From positions 96,001 through 160,000 of the forward strand of contig JAVZNE010000002.1 in assembly GCA_038882975.1 (NCBI GenBank): DNA of 64,000 bases. The letters run 5' to 3'. This stretch comes from Candidatus Bathyarchaeia archaeon (GTDB lineage: Archaea > Thermoproteota > Bathyarchaeia > Bathyarchaeales > Bathycorpusculaceae). This document shows positions 29,377 to 37,208 of this stretch, in pieces. Below the pieces are notes generated by a model, which was not told where the DNA came from, searched no databases, and worked only from the letters and a program-made list of their open reading frames with translations. The stretch's first letter is position 1, and every line of letters starts with the position of its first letter. The translations under genes and the position numbers were made by a program.

Positions 29377-30405
29377 TTACCTCCCAGTTTGTAGTTTCTT
29401 GGGCATTGCCAAGTCCGCTATGTCGACACTATGCTCGTATATTTGATGGAGAGTTGAAATCGCAGCCAGAAGATGAGGCATTATCTCGAGACTTTGCGCT
29501 TTGGCATTTTTTTCAATGGCTGCTAAGGCTTTTTCTATTTTCTCCCTCATGTTCCGCACATCTTCTGCCAAGCCAGCATCACCAGCAAAGAAAGCCTTTA
29601 AAGCGTTTTCATGAGCCTCAAAACAGAGGGAATGAAATTCAACAATAAGCTTCTTCAATGTTTCATCCAGCTTTGCCCCCTTCAACTCTGCCACTTTAAA
29701 GGCCGTGCGCACACACTCGTCTCCAATGGTTTCTACAAGACTTGCGGCTAAACGGTAGTCGAGACATTCGATTGGCTGAACCCCAAGCTTTTCACTTAGA
29801 CTTGGATTCTGGATAATCGTTCTAAGAATCCTTACAAGGAGGAAGTAGAGCCTATTGACCTCCTCGTCGCGGGCTATTACACTTTTTGCCATAGACAAAT
29901 CGCCGTCAATAAGCGCATTTACAACATCCCGGTGCATACCCGCAACAATCGAGTAGCCCCTTCTTAAGATCTTTTCAGGTGGAAAACTGGAAGGCTCAAG
30001 CAAGCACTGCAAAACAATTTTTGAATAGTCCTCTTCAACTATTTCAAGGCCCACTAGGCGGCTGGCCGTCTTTTTAACACTCTCGCGAATCTCAAAGTTT
30101 ATGGGTTCTTTACCCTCCACGCGGATAATGTCGAATCCGAGCAAATATTTCCCAATGATTTCTCGGCTTAAATATGGCCCAGGCTTTAAAATAATAGTGC
30201 GGGGGGAGGGAGCTGCCCCATATTCCGGGTCTATAAGAAGTTTGCCATCGCTGGTTTCGTTTACCGCCACAACAGATCCGCGTTTCAATCCATATCGTTC
30301 AGCCCAATCCTTAGGGATGCAGACGAAGAAAGTGCCGCTTGGCGTCCGCTGAATCTTGCGAATGGTGCCCAATTTACACCACACCATAATGCGTGTATGC
30401 AACAA
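29377..30405 (-). CDS. PhoU-family phosphate uptake regulator with N-terminal AbrB domain
   Basis: RKIQRTPSGTFFVCIPKDWA (AbrB) and PhoU repeats (RDEEVNRLY, ETIGD, DIADL); start probably about 30372. Confidence 0.88.
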   Translation of the reverse strand: MLHTRIMVWCKLGTIRKIQRTPSGTFFVCIPKDWAERYGLKRGSVVAVNETSDGKLLIDPEYGAAPSPRTIILKPGPYLSREIIGKYLLGFDIIRVEGKEPINFEIRESVKKTASRLVGLEIVEEDYSKIVLQCLLEPSSFPPEKILRRGYSIVAGMHRDVVNALIDGDLSMAKSVIARDEEVNRLYFLLVRILRTIIQNPSLSEKLGVQPIECLDYRLAASLVETIGDECVRTAFKVAELKGAKLDETLKKLIVEFHSLCFEAHENALKAFFAGDAGLAEDVRNMREKIEKALAAIEKNAKAQSLEIMPHLLAAISTLHQIYEHSVDIADLAMPKKLQTGR

Positions 30406-30455
30406 CGCGTATTAACAGATTTAAACAAAACTTCAATATATAAACTTAAGCATAA

Positions 30456-31052
30456 GTGTTGAAATTGAAGGACAAAGTTATAATTGGTATAGACTTGGCG
30501 GGCAAAGAGGAAAATCCAACGGGATTGGCAATTTGGCGAAATAAAACTGTGGAAACATGCCTAATTTACACAAACAAAGAAATTTTGGAAGAAGTATTTC
30601 AAGTAAACCCAAAAATTGTGGCAATAGATGCTCCACTAAAACTTCCAAAAAGTGGAATTTTTAGAAAAGCGGACAAGGAGCTCATCAAAAGGGGTTACCG
30701 CGTTTTTCCACCAGGCTTGCCAGCTATGAAAAAGCTAACCCTTCGGGCAATTGAGCTAAATAGGTTAATAATAAAGGGAGGCATACAAACAATAGAAGTG
30801 CACCCAACCTCAACAAGAAAGGCTTTGGGCATGCCGACAAAAGATTGGGAAGTCATTCAAAACATCCTAAAGTGCATAGGCCTAGCCGGGTCTCTAACCG
30901 AACATAGGCTAACGCCGCATGAAATAGACGCCATAACCGCAGCCCTAACGGGCGCGCTCTACATGGAAGACTTAACGGAATTTGTAGGTGACCATGAGGA
31001 AGGCTACATTGTAATTCCAATCAAACAAGATTGGAGGGAGATAAGGCTGTGA
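30456..31052 (+). CDS. DUF429 family predicted RNase H-like nuclease
   Basis: IGIDLA, AIDAPL, IEVHP, HEIDA motifs; stop overlaps DP1 start. Confidence 0.8.
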   Translation: MLKLKDKVIIGIDLAGKEENPTGLAIWRNKTVETCLIYTNKEILEEVFQVNPKIVAIDAPLKLPKSGIFRKADKELIKRGYRVFPPGLPAMKKLTLRAIELNRLIIKGGIQTIEVHPTSTRKALGMPTKDWEVIQNILKCIGLAGSLTEHRLTPHEIDAITAALTGALYMEDLTEFVGDHEEGYIVIPIKQDWREIRL

Positions 31053-32629
31053 GCTCTTCGGAGAAGCTTCAAAAAGCTGTGGAACTCACCATCGCAGCGG
31101 GATACCAGCTTAACAAAGAGGCGTTTGAGTTCTTAAACGAGGCATCTGCCACCGAAGATCCCATTGAAATTATGAGTAAAGCTTTAGCCAAAATAGAAAC
31201 ATTGAAGGATAAGCCACTTTTTATCGAAAGAAGCCTTCTAGAAGAGCTTGTAAGAAAGGCTGAACGGATTGAAGGCTCTCCTTTAACACCACAACTAAAA
31301 GAAGCCCCTTCACAATCAATCCTTCAAGAACAGCTTGTACAGCCACAACTAATCATTGAAGGAAAGAGGCTTTTCCGCCCCTACGCCAAAGAAGTGGAAG
31401 CCGAAATCGAAGTTATTGAAGATGCTGGCAGTAAACTAAGCTCAAGCGGAACATTGGAGGATTACCTTGAATACTTTCGAGACAGATTTAACCGAATTGA
31501 AAAGTTGCTAAGACAGAGGATAGACGTGCGAGGAGCGGTTTCAATTGCTGAAGCGGCAAGGGCTCCGCCCAACACAAAACTCAAAGTAATCGGCATGATA
31601 ACAGAGAAAAGAGAGGCTAAACAAAAAATTCTCTTAACATTGGAAGATCTCAGCGCAAGCGCCACTGTTCTGGTGCCGCAAAATGCTCCCTCCGACCTTT
31701 TAACCAAGGCAAGAGCCCTTTTGTTGGATGAGATTATTTGTGTTAGCGTAACTAAAACTCGCGGAAAATTGTTAATAGCAGAAGACATAATCCTTCCAGA
31801 TGTTGCCCCCAAAAATCAGAATAAGGCTCCTGTACCTGTTTATGCTGTGCTCACCTCAGATCTGCACGTGGGCAGCTTAAAATTCCGGGAAGAGTTTTTC
31901 AATAGGTTTGTTTTGTGGCTGAAGGGCGAATACGGAAATAGGCAAATGCAGGAAATAGCCAGCCACGTAAAATATGTTTTGATAGCCGGTGACATCGTTG
32001 ACGGTATAGGTGTATACCCAAATCAAGTTAAGGAACTTGCAATGAGGGACATTTATGGGCAATACAGGTTAGCCTCAAAGCTCATCGCACAAATCCCAGA
32101 CTACATTGAAGTGATAATTATTCCGGGAAACCACGACGCCCCCCGAAAGGCTTTACCCCAACCGCCGATTTCCGACGCGTTTTTGGAAACTCTGCATAAT
32201 TCACCTAATGTGCACTCCTTTGGAAATCCGTGTCGTCTAAGCCTCCACGGTGTTGAAGTTCTCATGTACCATGGGCGAAGCCTCGATGACATAATCTCCA
32301 CAGTCCCGGGAATAAATTATACCCAGCCGGAAAAAGCAATGACTCTACTTTTGCAGTGTCGCCACTTGGCGCCAGTTTATGGTGGAAAAACGCCGCTTGC
32401 GCCTGAGAGTAAAGACTGCCTTGTTATAGAACGTGTGCCTGACATTTTCCACGCCGGCCACATCCACACAGTCGGGCATGCAAACTATAGAGGTGTCACC
32501 GTCGTTAACTCTGGTTGTTGGCAAGAGCAGACGGAGTACATGCGGAGGCAAGGGTTCACTCCAATGCCGGGCTTGGTTCCAGTGGTAAATCTCCAAACAC
32601 TAGATGTTAGAATCCTTTCATTTGCCTAG
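31049..32629 (+). CDS. polD1: DNA polymerase D small (exonuclease) subunit DP1
   Basis: SDLHVGS, AGDIVDGIGVYP, PGNHD, YHGRSLDD, RHLAP, GHIH, NSGCWQ. Confidence 0.95.
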   Translation: MSSSEKLQKAVELTIAAGYQLNKEAFEFLNEASATEDPIEIMSKALAKIETLKDKPLFIERSLLEELVRKAERIEGSPLTPQLKEAPSQSILQEQLVQPQLIIEGKRLFRPYAKEVEAEIEVIEDAGSKLSSSGTLEDYLEYFRDRFNRIEKLLRQRIDVRGAVSIAEAARAPPNTKLKVIGMITEKREAKQKILLTLEDLSASATVLVPQNAPSDLLTKARALLLDEIICVSVTKTRGKLLIAEDIILPDVAPKNQNKAPVPVYAVLTSDLHVGSLKFREEFFNRFVLWLKGEYGNRQMQEIASHVKYVLIAGDIVDGIGVYPNQVKELAMRDIYGQYRLASKLIAQIPDYIEVIIIPGNHDAPRKALPQPPISDAFLETLHNSPNVHSFGNPCRLSLHGVEVLMYHGRSLDDIISTVPGINYTQPEKAMTLLLQCRHLAPVYGGKTPLAPESKDCLVIERVPDIFHAGHIHTVGHANYRGVTVVNSGCWQEQTEYMRRQGFTPMPGLVPVVNLQTLDVRILSFA

Positions 32630-33183
32630 GATAGACCACGAGCAATTAATCTAACAACACGGAGGGGTTCTGGCACCCGGCCACAAACAGTGGAACCCAC
32701 TATAAGGCGGATGGCCCATTCAGGTTCCGCTCCAACAACTTCAAAATATAATGGAGGCTCTCCATCTAGCACTTTCACCTCATGGATAGGCCCTAATCTT
32801 TCAAAAACTTTCCACCGTTCCCTCCAGTCTTTAAAATGTCGAATAAGTGCCCACTTTACCGCCTTATTATCGGGCTTCGTCCTTGCCACAACAATAACGG
32901 GTTTCCGAAACTTTTCATAGAGAACTAAAGGATCTATAATGTTAAAACCGGCAAAGGACACCCCAGCAAGCATAACAGCCTCAAAGTCCCATTGCTTAAG
33001 GAGGCCCGTGACTTTTTCCGTCGCATTGAAGCCGTCAACGGCTATCCACTCGAAAGCCACATCCTCAATTTTAAAGCCCTTGAAAAGAGCGGCGGCTAAA
33101 AGAGCCTTTCTATTAACACCTTTTACAAAGCTTCCATCTTCAATTCCTACTACCCGCATCCTTTGAAAGGCATTTAGGCTCAT
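32626..33183 (-). CDS. DUF99 family endonuclease V-like protein
   Basis: GIEDG, VDGFNAT, GVSFAGFNIID, PEPLRV motifs; coupled to cdc6. Confidence 0.85.
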   Translation of the reverse strand: MSLNAFQRMRVVGIEDGSFVKGVNRKALLAAALFKGFKIEDVAFEWIAVDGFNATEKVTGLLKQWDFEAVMLAGVSFAGFNIIDPLVLYEKFRKPVIVVARTKPDNKAVKWALIRHFKDWRERWKVFERLGPIHEVKVLDGEPPLYFEVVGAEPEWAIRLIVGSTVCGRVPEPLRVVRLIARGLS

Positions 33184-34387
33184 AATCGATCAAGCGTCCG
33201 AGCCTACTGTCATTAGAGAAGGCTTCTTTAATAAGGGTGCGTGTCACCTCCATGCGGATTTTTTTCGTACGTCCATAACGCCCCATACTTACAACCTGTG
33301 CGTTCAATAGTCCCAAAGCGTCAAGCTCGTTGACCAAAGTGCTTACGCGTCTTTGCGTTAGAGGTGTCACAGCCAATTCGCTGCAGAGCTCATTGTATAC
33401 CTCATATATTTCGCCAGTTACTGCACGGTAACCATTCGCCCTAACAAGATGGTAGACGCTCAACATTACAAGCTTCGAGTGTAAGGTCAAATTCGCTAAG
33501 GCATCAACAACTCTATTATGTTCTATGAGCCTCTCAGCCTCGCGGACGTGCTCTTCGGTTATGGCGCTTGCGCCTTTACGTTCTGCAACTTCACCAGCAA
33601 CCCTAAGCAGATCTAAAGCCCTTCGAGCATCACCATGCTCAGCAGCGGCCAAGGCGGCACAGAGGCTTAGTGCGCCTTCACTAAGCGCCCCTTCATGGAA
33701 CGCCATCTGTGCCCGCTCAGCTAAAATATTACGCAGTTCAGACGCATTGTAGGGCCGAAAGACAATTTCTTCCTCACTTAGCGAGCTTAAAACTCGGGGG
33801 TCTAAGAACTCTTTTAGGCGTAGATCGTTGGAAATGCCGATTATAGAGACTTTACTGCGAGCTAATGTTTCGTTAATTCTTGTAAGCTCGTATAAGAGAA
33901 TGTCGCTTCGCGCCTTTATTATAGCGTCTACTTCATCGAGGCCTATAATAAGTATCCTTTTAGCCACATCCAAGCCTTGCTTAAACCTATCAAAAACCTC
34001 GCCTAAAGATAGTCCAGTAAATGGAACGGCAAGGCGAATGCTCTGGCATAAGTTCGCGAGAACGCGGTACTCTGTCCCAGCTAAACGACAATTTACATAA
34101 CAAAAACTGACGGCGGCCCCTATCTCCTTTGCTTTTGCGTCCAAGCGATTCAGAACATACTTTGTCACAGCCGTCTTACCAGTCCCTGTTTTCCCATAGA
34201 CAAAGATATTAGAACACCTTGCACCCTTCAAAACTGGCGCTATTGCCTCTCCAAGTCGTCGAATCTGCTCTTCACGATGAGGAAGTCTTTCAGGCAAGTA
34301 GTCATGACGGAGAACCTCCCGGTCTTTAAACACCCCCGCAGCATTACAGAACCTATCAAAGACATCATCAAGTATAGCATCTTTCAT
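33140..34387 (-). CDS. cdc6: Orc1/Cdc6 replication initiator
   Basis: LPHREEQ, Walker A GKTGTGKT, LDEVD, GDARRALDLLR, wHTH wing GRYGRTK; ATG at 34387. Confidence 0.96.
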   Translation of the reverse strand: MKDAILDDVFDRFCNAAGVFKDREVLRHDYLPERLPHREEQIRRLGEAIAPVLKGARCSNIFVYGKTGTGKTAVTKYVLNRLDAKAKEIGAAVSFCYVNCRLAGTEYRVLANLCQSIRLAVPFTGLSLGEVFDRFKQGLDVAKRILIIGLDEVDAIIKARSDILLYELTRINETLARSKVSIIGISNDLRLKEFLDPRVLSSLSEEEIVFRPYNASELRNILAERAQMAFHEGALSEGALSLCAALAAAEHGDARRALDLLRVAGEVAERKGASAITEEHVREAERLIEHNRVVDALANLTLHSKLVMLSVYHLVRANGYRAVTGEIYEVYNELCSELAVTPLTQRRVSTLVNELDALGLLNAQVVSMGRYGRTKKIRMEVTRTLIKEAFSNDSRLGRLIDYEPKCLSKDAGSRN

Positions 34388-34528
34388 TAGCACTCCTTCC
34401 TCCTGTTTGTCACATAGTATTTGCCCTTTACTCCAAGAGTGGAAAAATAAGGCATACCATATAGAAAAGTGAACAAGCAACAGAAAAATTCTAAAAATTA
34501 ATGAACAGTCCGCATTAGAAAAAGAGAG

Positions 34529-34554
34529 ACACCCCCCGATTTCAACTGGAAAAC
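34529..34554 (-). promoter_or_regulatory. Origin recognition box ORB1
   Basis: Minus strand GTTTTCCAGTTGAAATCGGGGGGTGT matches TCCA-N3-GAAA plus G-string ORB pattern. Confidence 0.85.
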
Positions 34555-34715
34555 TCTTAAGCTTTTAGGTGTAGCTTGTTTCTTCTAAGGAAAAGAAAAT
34601 ACTCTGAAAGGTTAGAGCATCACCAAAAGTAAAAAGCTTCACATAGAAGTTTTTATACCAAAGCTTCAAATGATTAGCACACGACTTTTAACAAGATTTT
34701 AACTTTTTAATATTC

Positions 34716-34740
34716 CTCCAGCGGAAATAATGGGGTGGTG
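34716..34740 (+). promoter_or_regulatory. Origin recognition box ORB2
   Basis: CTCCAGCGGAAATAATGGGGTGGTG. Confidence 0.88.
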
Positions 34741-34939
34741 GGCTACATCCCTTCTTACCATGGTGAACTAATAAAATACTTGAAATTTCAGTTTTGTAGT
34801 GTAACCGCCATAATGGAGTAAGTGACCCATAATTTTGTTCACGCTTTGTGAAAACCTTGTGAAGTTTATTTAGTTTTGGTATTTTTATTTTCTCCTTTTC
34901 CATAATTGTTGCTATTTTTATGTCTCTTTTCTGTGAAAA

Positions 34940-34965
34940 CACCACCCCATCTTTTCTATTGGAAG
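34940..34965 (-). promoter_or_regulatory. Origin recognition box ORB3 (inverted relative to ORB2)
   Basis: Minus strand CTTCCAATAGAAAAGATGGGGTGGTG; shares ATGGGGTGGTG with ORB2; the two flank a T-rich tract at about 34865-34930. Confidence 0.83.
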
Positions 34966-35163
34966 CCGCAAGTATTGTTTGTTATTCTGTCCGTTTTCAC
35001 AAAGATCACTTTTGTGAAGTACGTTATTTAGAATCTTTGGAAATATAGCTTCTTATACTCTTTTCGGCTTTTAATTGCCTTTTTTATTTCCTTAGGTTCA
35101 CCGTAATAGCTATATCTTGTGAAGTGTAAAACTTGTGAAAAGAATTTACAGGTGCCAGTAATA

Positions 35164-35598
35164 GTGCCAGCTAGGAAAATGCGAATCGAAGTATTCGACA
35201 ATGAGGGCAACAAATATAGCATAGCCTTTGAAGGGCAGATTACACGAGATAAAGCCCTTCGCCTTTTAGATTTGGTGGAGTTACTGGGTGGAGTTGCATC
35301 AAGCGGAACCAACTCGGGGGTCAGTGTTACGACTATTGAAAAGTCAAAATATGATAGGCTCTTGGCTGTCCTTCAGAAGCATTTTCCGATAGTTTGGTTT
35401 TCGTCAAAAGAGGTTCAAGCGGTCTACGAGCAAGAGTTTAAGGAGCCTATAAACCTAAGCACGGTGGCCACATACCTTTCCCGGATGGCTAACAAAGGGT
35501 TTCTTATCAAAGCCGGGGCCTCTAACCGTCTTAAATACAAAATAGCGCCCAGTCTGCCACAAGTTGTGGTAAAACATTACGCATCAAACGAGGGTTAG
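35164..35598 (+). CDS. Uncharacterised protein with small N-terminal beta domain and C-terminal winged helix
   Basis: WFSSKEVQAVYEQEF-EPINLSTVATYLSRMANKGFL looks like wHTH; GTG at 35164 behind AGGTG. Confidence 0.75.
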   Translation: MPARKMRIEVFDNEGNKYSIAFEGQITRDKALRLLDLVELLGGVASSGTNSGVSVTTIEKSKYDRLLAVLQKHFPIVWFSSKEVQAVYEQEFKEPINLSTVATYLSRMANKGFLIKAGASNRLKYKIAPSLPQVVVKHYASNEG

Positions 35599-35606
35599 CT
35601 TGTTTC

Positions 35607-36320
35607 TTAAGCGGTCTCCGTCTCTGCTTTCTTCAAAAATTTTTCCATTTCCTTCTTCACGTTATACCTAAAGGGAATTTTACTAGAATCCCTTTCCAAA
35701 TAACCTTCCTCATAAAGCTTCTTCATAAGCCTGGCTGTGTGCTCTCTGCTAAGCCCAATTCTTTCCTTAATCTCCGGAGCTGTTTTAGGGCCCTCGGCAG
35801 CCAGCATCTCCAACACCGCTAACTCTGTTTCCGTTAACTTTGCTAACGCTTTTTCCCTTTTTATTGGTATGACAGTTTCAACTCTAAGCTCGGGTAAAGT
35901 TGGCACATTTTGAGTTCGCTCTTCAATAATTGAAACTTTGGCGAGGATCTCCTTATGAGACTCGACGATGTCACGCGTCTGCCTTTCTAAATCACTTAGC
36001 CGAGTTAACAGATGCTCCCTATCCTCCAAGATTCCCTTTGCTTTGCCTTCCAAAAGTTTTAGCCGATTCTCTAACTCTTTAACAGCCTTTAATGCATCGC
36101 TACCCTTAGCGGAAGCGGCCTCAACTTTGTAAGAAAATGCTTGCAAGCTTTCCGTTGCACGCTTAAGCTCCCTACTAAAACTTAAGATTATATCATTAAA
36201 AGCTTCCTTAGCCTTCCCATACTCTTTCCTAATTTTGACAAGATTCTTGTAATATCCGACCGCAGCACCAACAGCCACGGCTAAGAAAGCACATGAGACA
36301 AAGATTAAAAGGTCAATCAT
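35607..36320 (-). CDS. Membrane-anchored coiled-coil protein with C-terminal winged-helix DNA-binding domain
   Basis: N-terminal hydrophobic helix, heptad-rich middle, then LTETELAVLEML-GPKTAPEIKERIGLSREHTARLMKKLYEEGYLER. Confidence 0.8.
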   Translation of the reverse strand: MIDLLIFVSCAFLAVAVGAAVGYYKNLVKIRKEYGKAKEAFNDIILSFSRELKRATESLQAFSYKVEAASAKGSDALKAVKELENRLKLLEGKAKGILEDREHLLTRLSDLERQTRDIVESHKEILAKVSIIEERTQNVPTLPELRVETVIPIKREKALAKLTETELAVLEMLAAEGPKTAPEIKERIGLSREHTARLMKKLYEEGYLERDSSKIPFRYNVKKEMEKFLKKAETETA

Positions 36321-36370
36321 GTGATATCCCCCGTGACTTCCTTAAAGTAACGTGTGACCTTATCATGTTG

Positions 36371-36587
36371 CATCACAAATCACACTTTTAACACTAAACC
36401 TTTTAAAGATTATGGTCCCTCATGGAACATATGACATCACAAATCACAGAAACTTCTATCCACACGAATACAAATATTGTTGCGAGAAAAGTACATTTTC
36501 CACTTCTTTTAGCTATTTAGCCTTATTCTATGCCTTATTTTTCTACCTGGAATGATCGTGGTTTTTGCTATGTGATTTGTGATGTCA
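36371..36587. repeat. Three copies of CATCACAAATCACA; two form a perfect 17-bp inverted repeat
   Basis: 36371-36384 CATCACAAATCACA; 36432-36448 TGACATCACAAATCACA; 36571-36587 TGTGATTTGTGATGTCA (exact reverse complement). Confidence 0.9.
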
Positions 36588-37061
36588 CGTGAAGCCCTCC
36601 GACGGGTTTGAGAGCGCTTTTAAGCTATTTTCGAGTTCTTCTCTTAACATTTTAAGGAATTTTATTTGCTCCTCTGGTTGTTCAGGTTTATTCGGCAAGT
36701 CTTTGTGGGCTTCTATGTATTCTTGTAGTTTGTTTGCGATTTCAAGATACTGGTCAAGAGTTGTGCTTTCGAAGATTCCTAAATACCCTAAAAGCAGCAC
36801 GGTGTAGATCGCCTTTATAACGTTTTCCTGAGCCTGTTTTAAAGTTCTGTTAAAGGCGCCTCGGCTTATTTTTGCCTTTGTTAGTCGTAATCTGGCTTTT
36901 TCATCGTATTTTAATGGTTTTCCCAAAATATTTTCGGCTAAAACGTCTATTAGCAATGTTTCTAGCTGCGTTTTTGTTAAGTGGCTGTTTTTTGCCAGTA
37001 TTTTGACTATGGGGTCTTCTAAAGATTTTTTTAGCCATAATTGCACGCTGTTTTTTAACAT
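36585..37061 (-). CDS. Uncharacterised helical protein with probable HTH
   Basis: SHLTKTQLETLL...KISRGAFNRTLKQAQENV resembles a sigma-region-4-like HTH; C-terminal coiled coil. Confidence 0.65.
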   Translation of the reverse strand: MLKNSVQLWLKKSLEDPIVKILAKNSHLTKTQLETLLIDVLAENILGKPLKYDEKARLRLTKAKISRGAFNRTLKQAQENVIKAIYTVLLLGYLGIFESTTLDQYLEIANKLQEYIEAHKDLPNKPEQPEEQIKFLKMLREELENSLKALSNPSEGFT

Positions 37062-37208
37062 CTCCGCTTTTCTCCCATAAGGTTGTGCTTGTTGAATACA
37101 TTTTTGTATACGGCCCTTTTAAAAGAGTTTTGCCCAAACATTAAAAACCGTGCCTTCTAGTCGCAACCATTATATGCTCATCCGTGTAACGCGTAATGAG
37201 GAGCGCAT

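Larger units (their letters stand above)
34430..35100. other. Probable chromosomal replication origin (oriC)
   Basis: About 750-bp AT-rich non-coding gap directly upstream of cdc6 with three ORB-like boxes and T-rich tracts. Confidence 0.85.

Noticed and set aside
34688-35312. Track ORFs 34688-34945 and 35028-35312 (minus)
   Set aside because: They overlap ORB boxes, the AT-rich tract or the real plus-strand gene, are Lys-rich from T-tracts and have no motifs.
34400-36600. Repeats as a CRISPR array
   Set aside because: Units are 7-25 bp, in both orientations and irregularly spaced; no cas genes.
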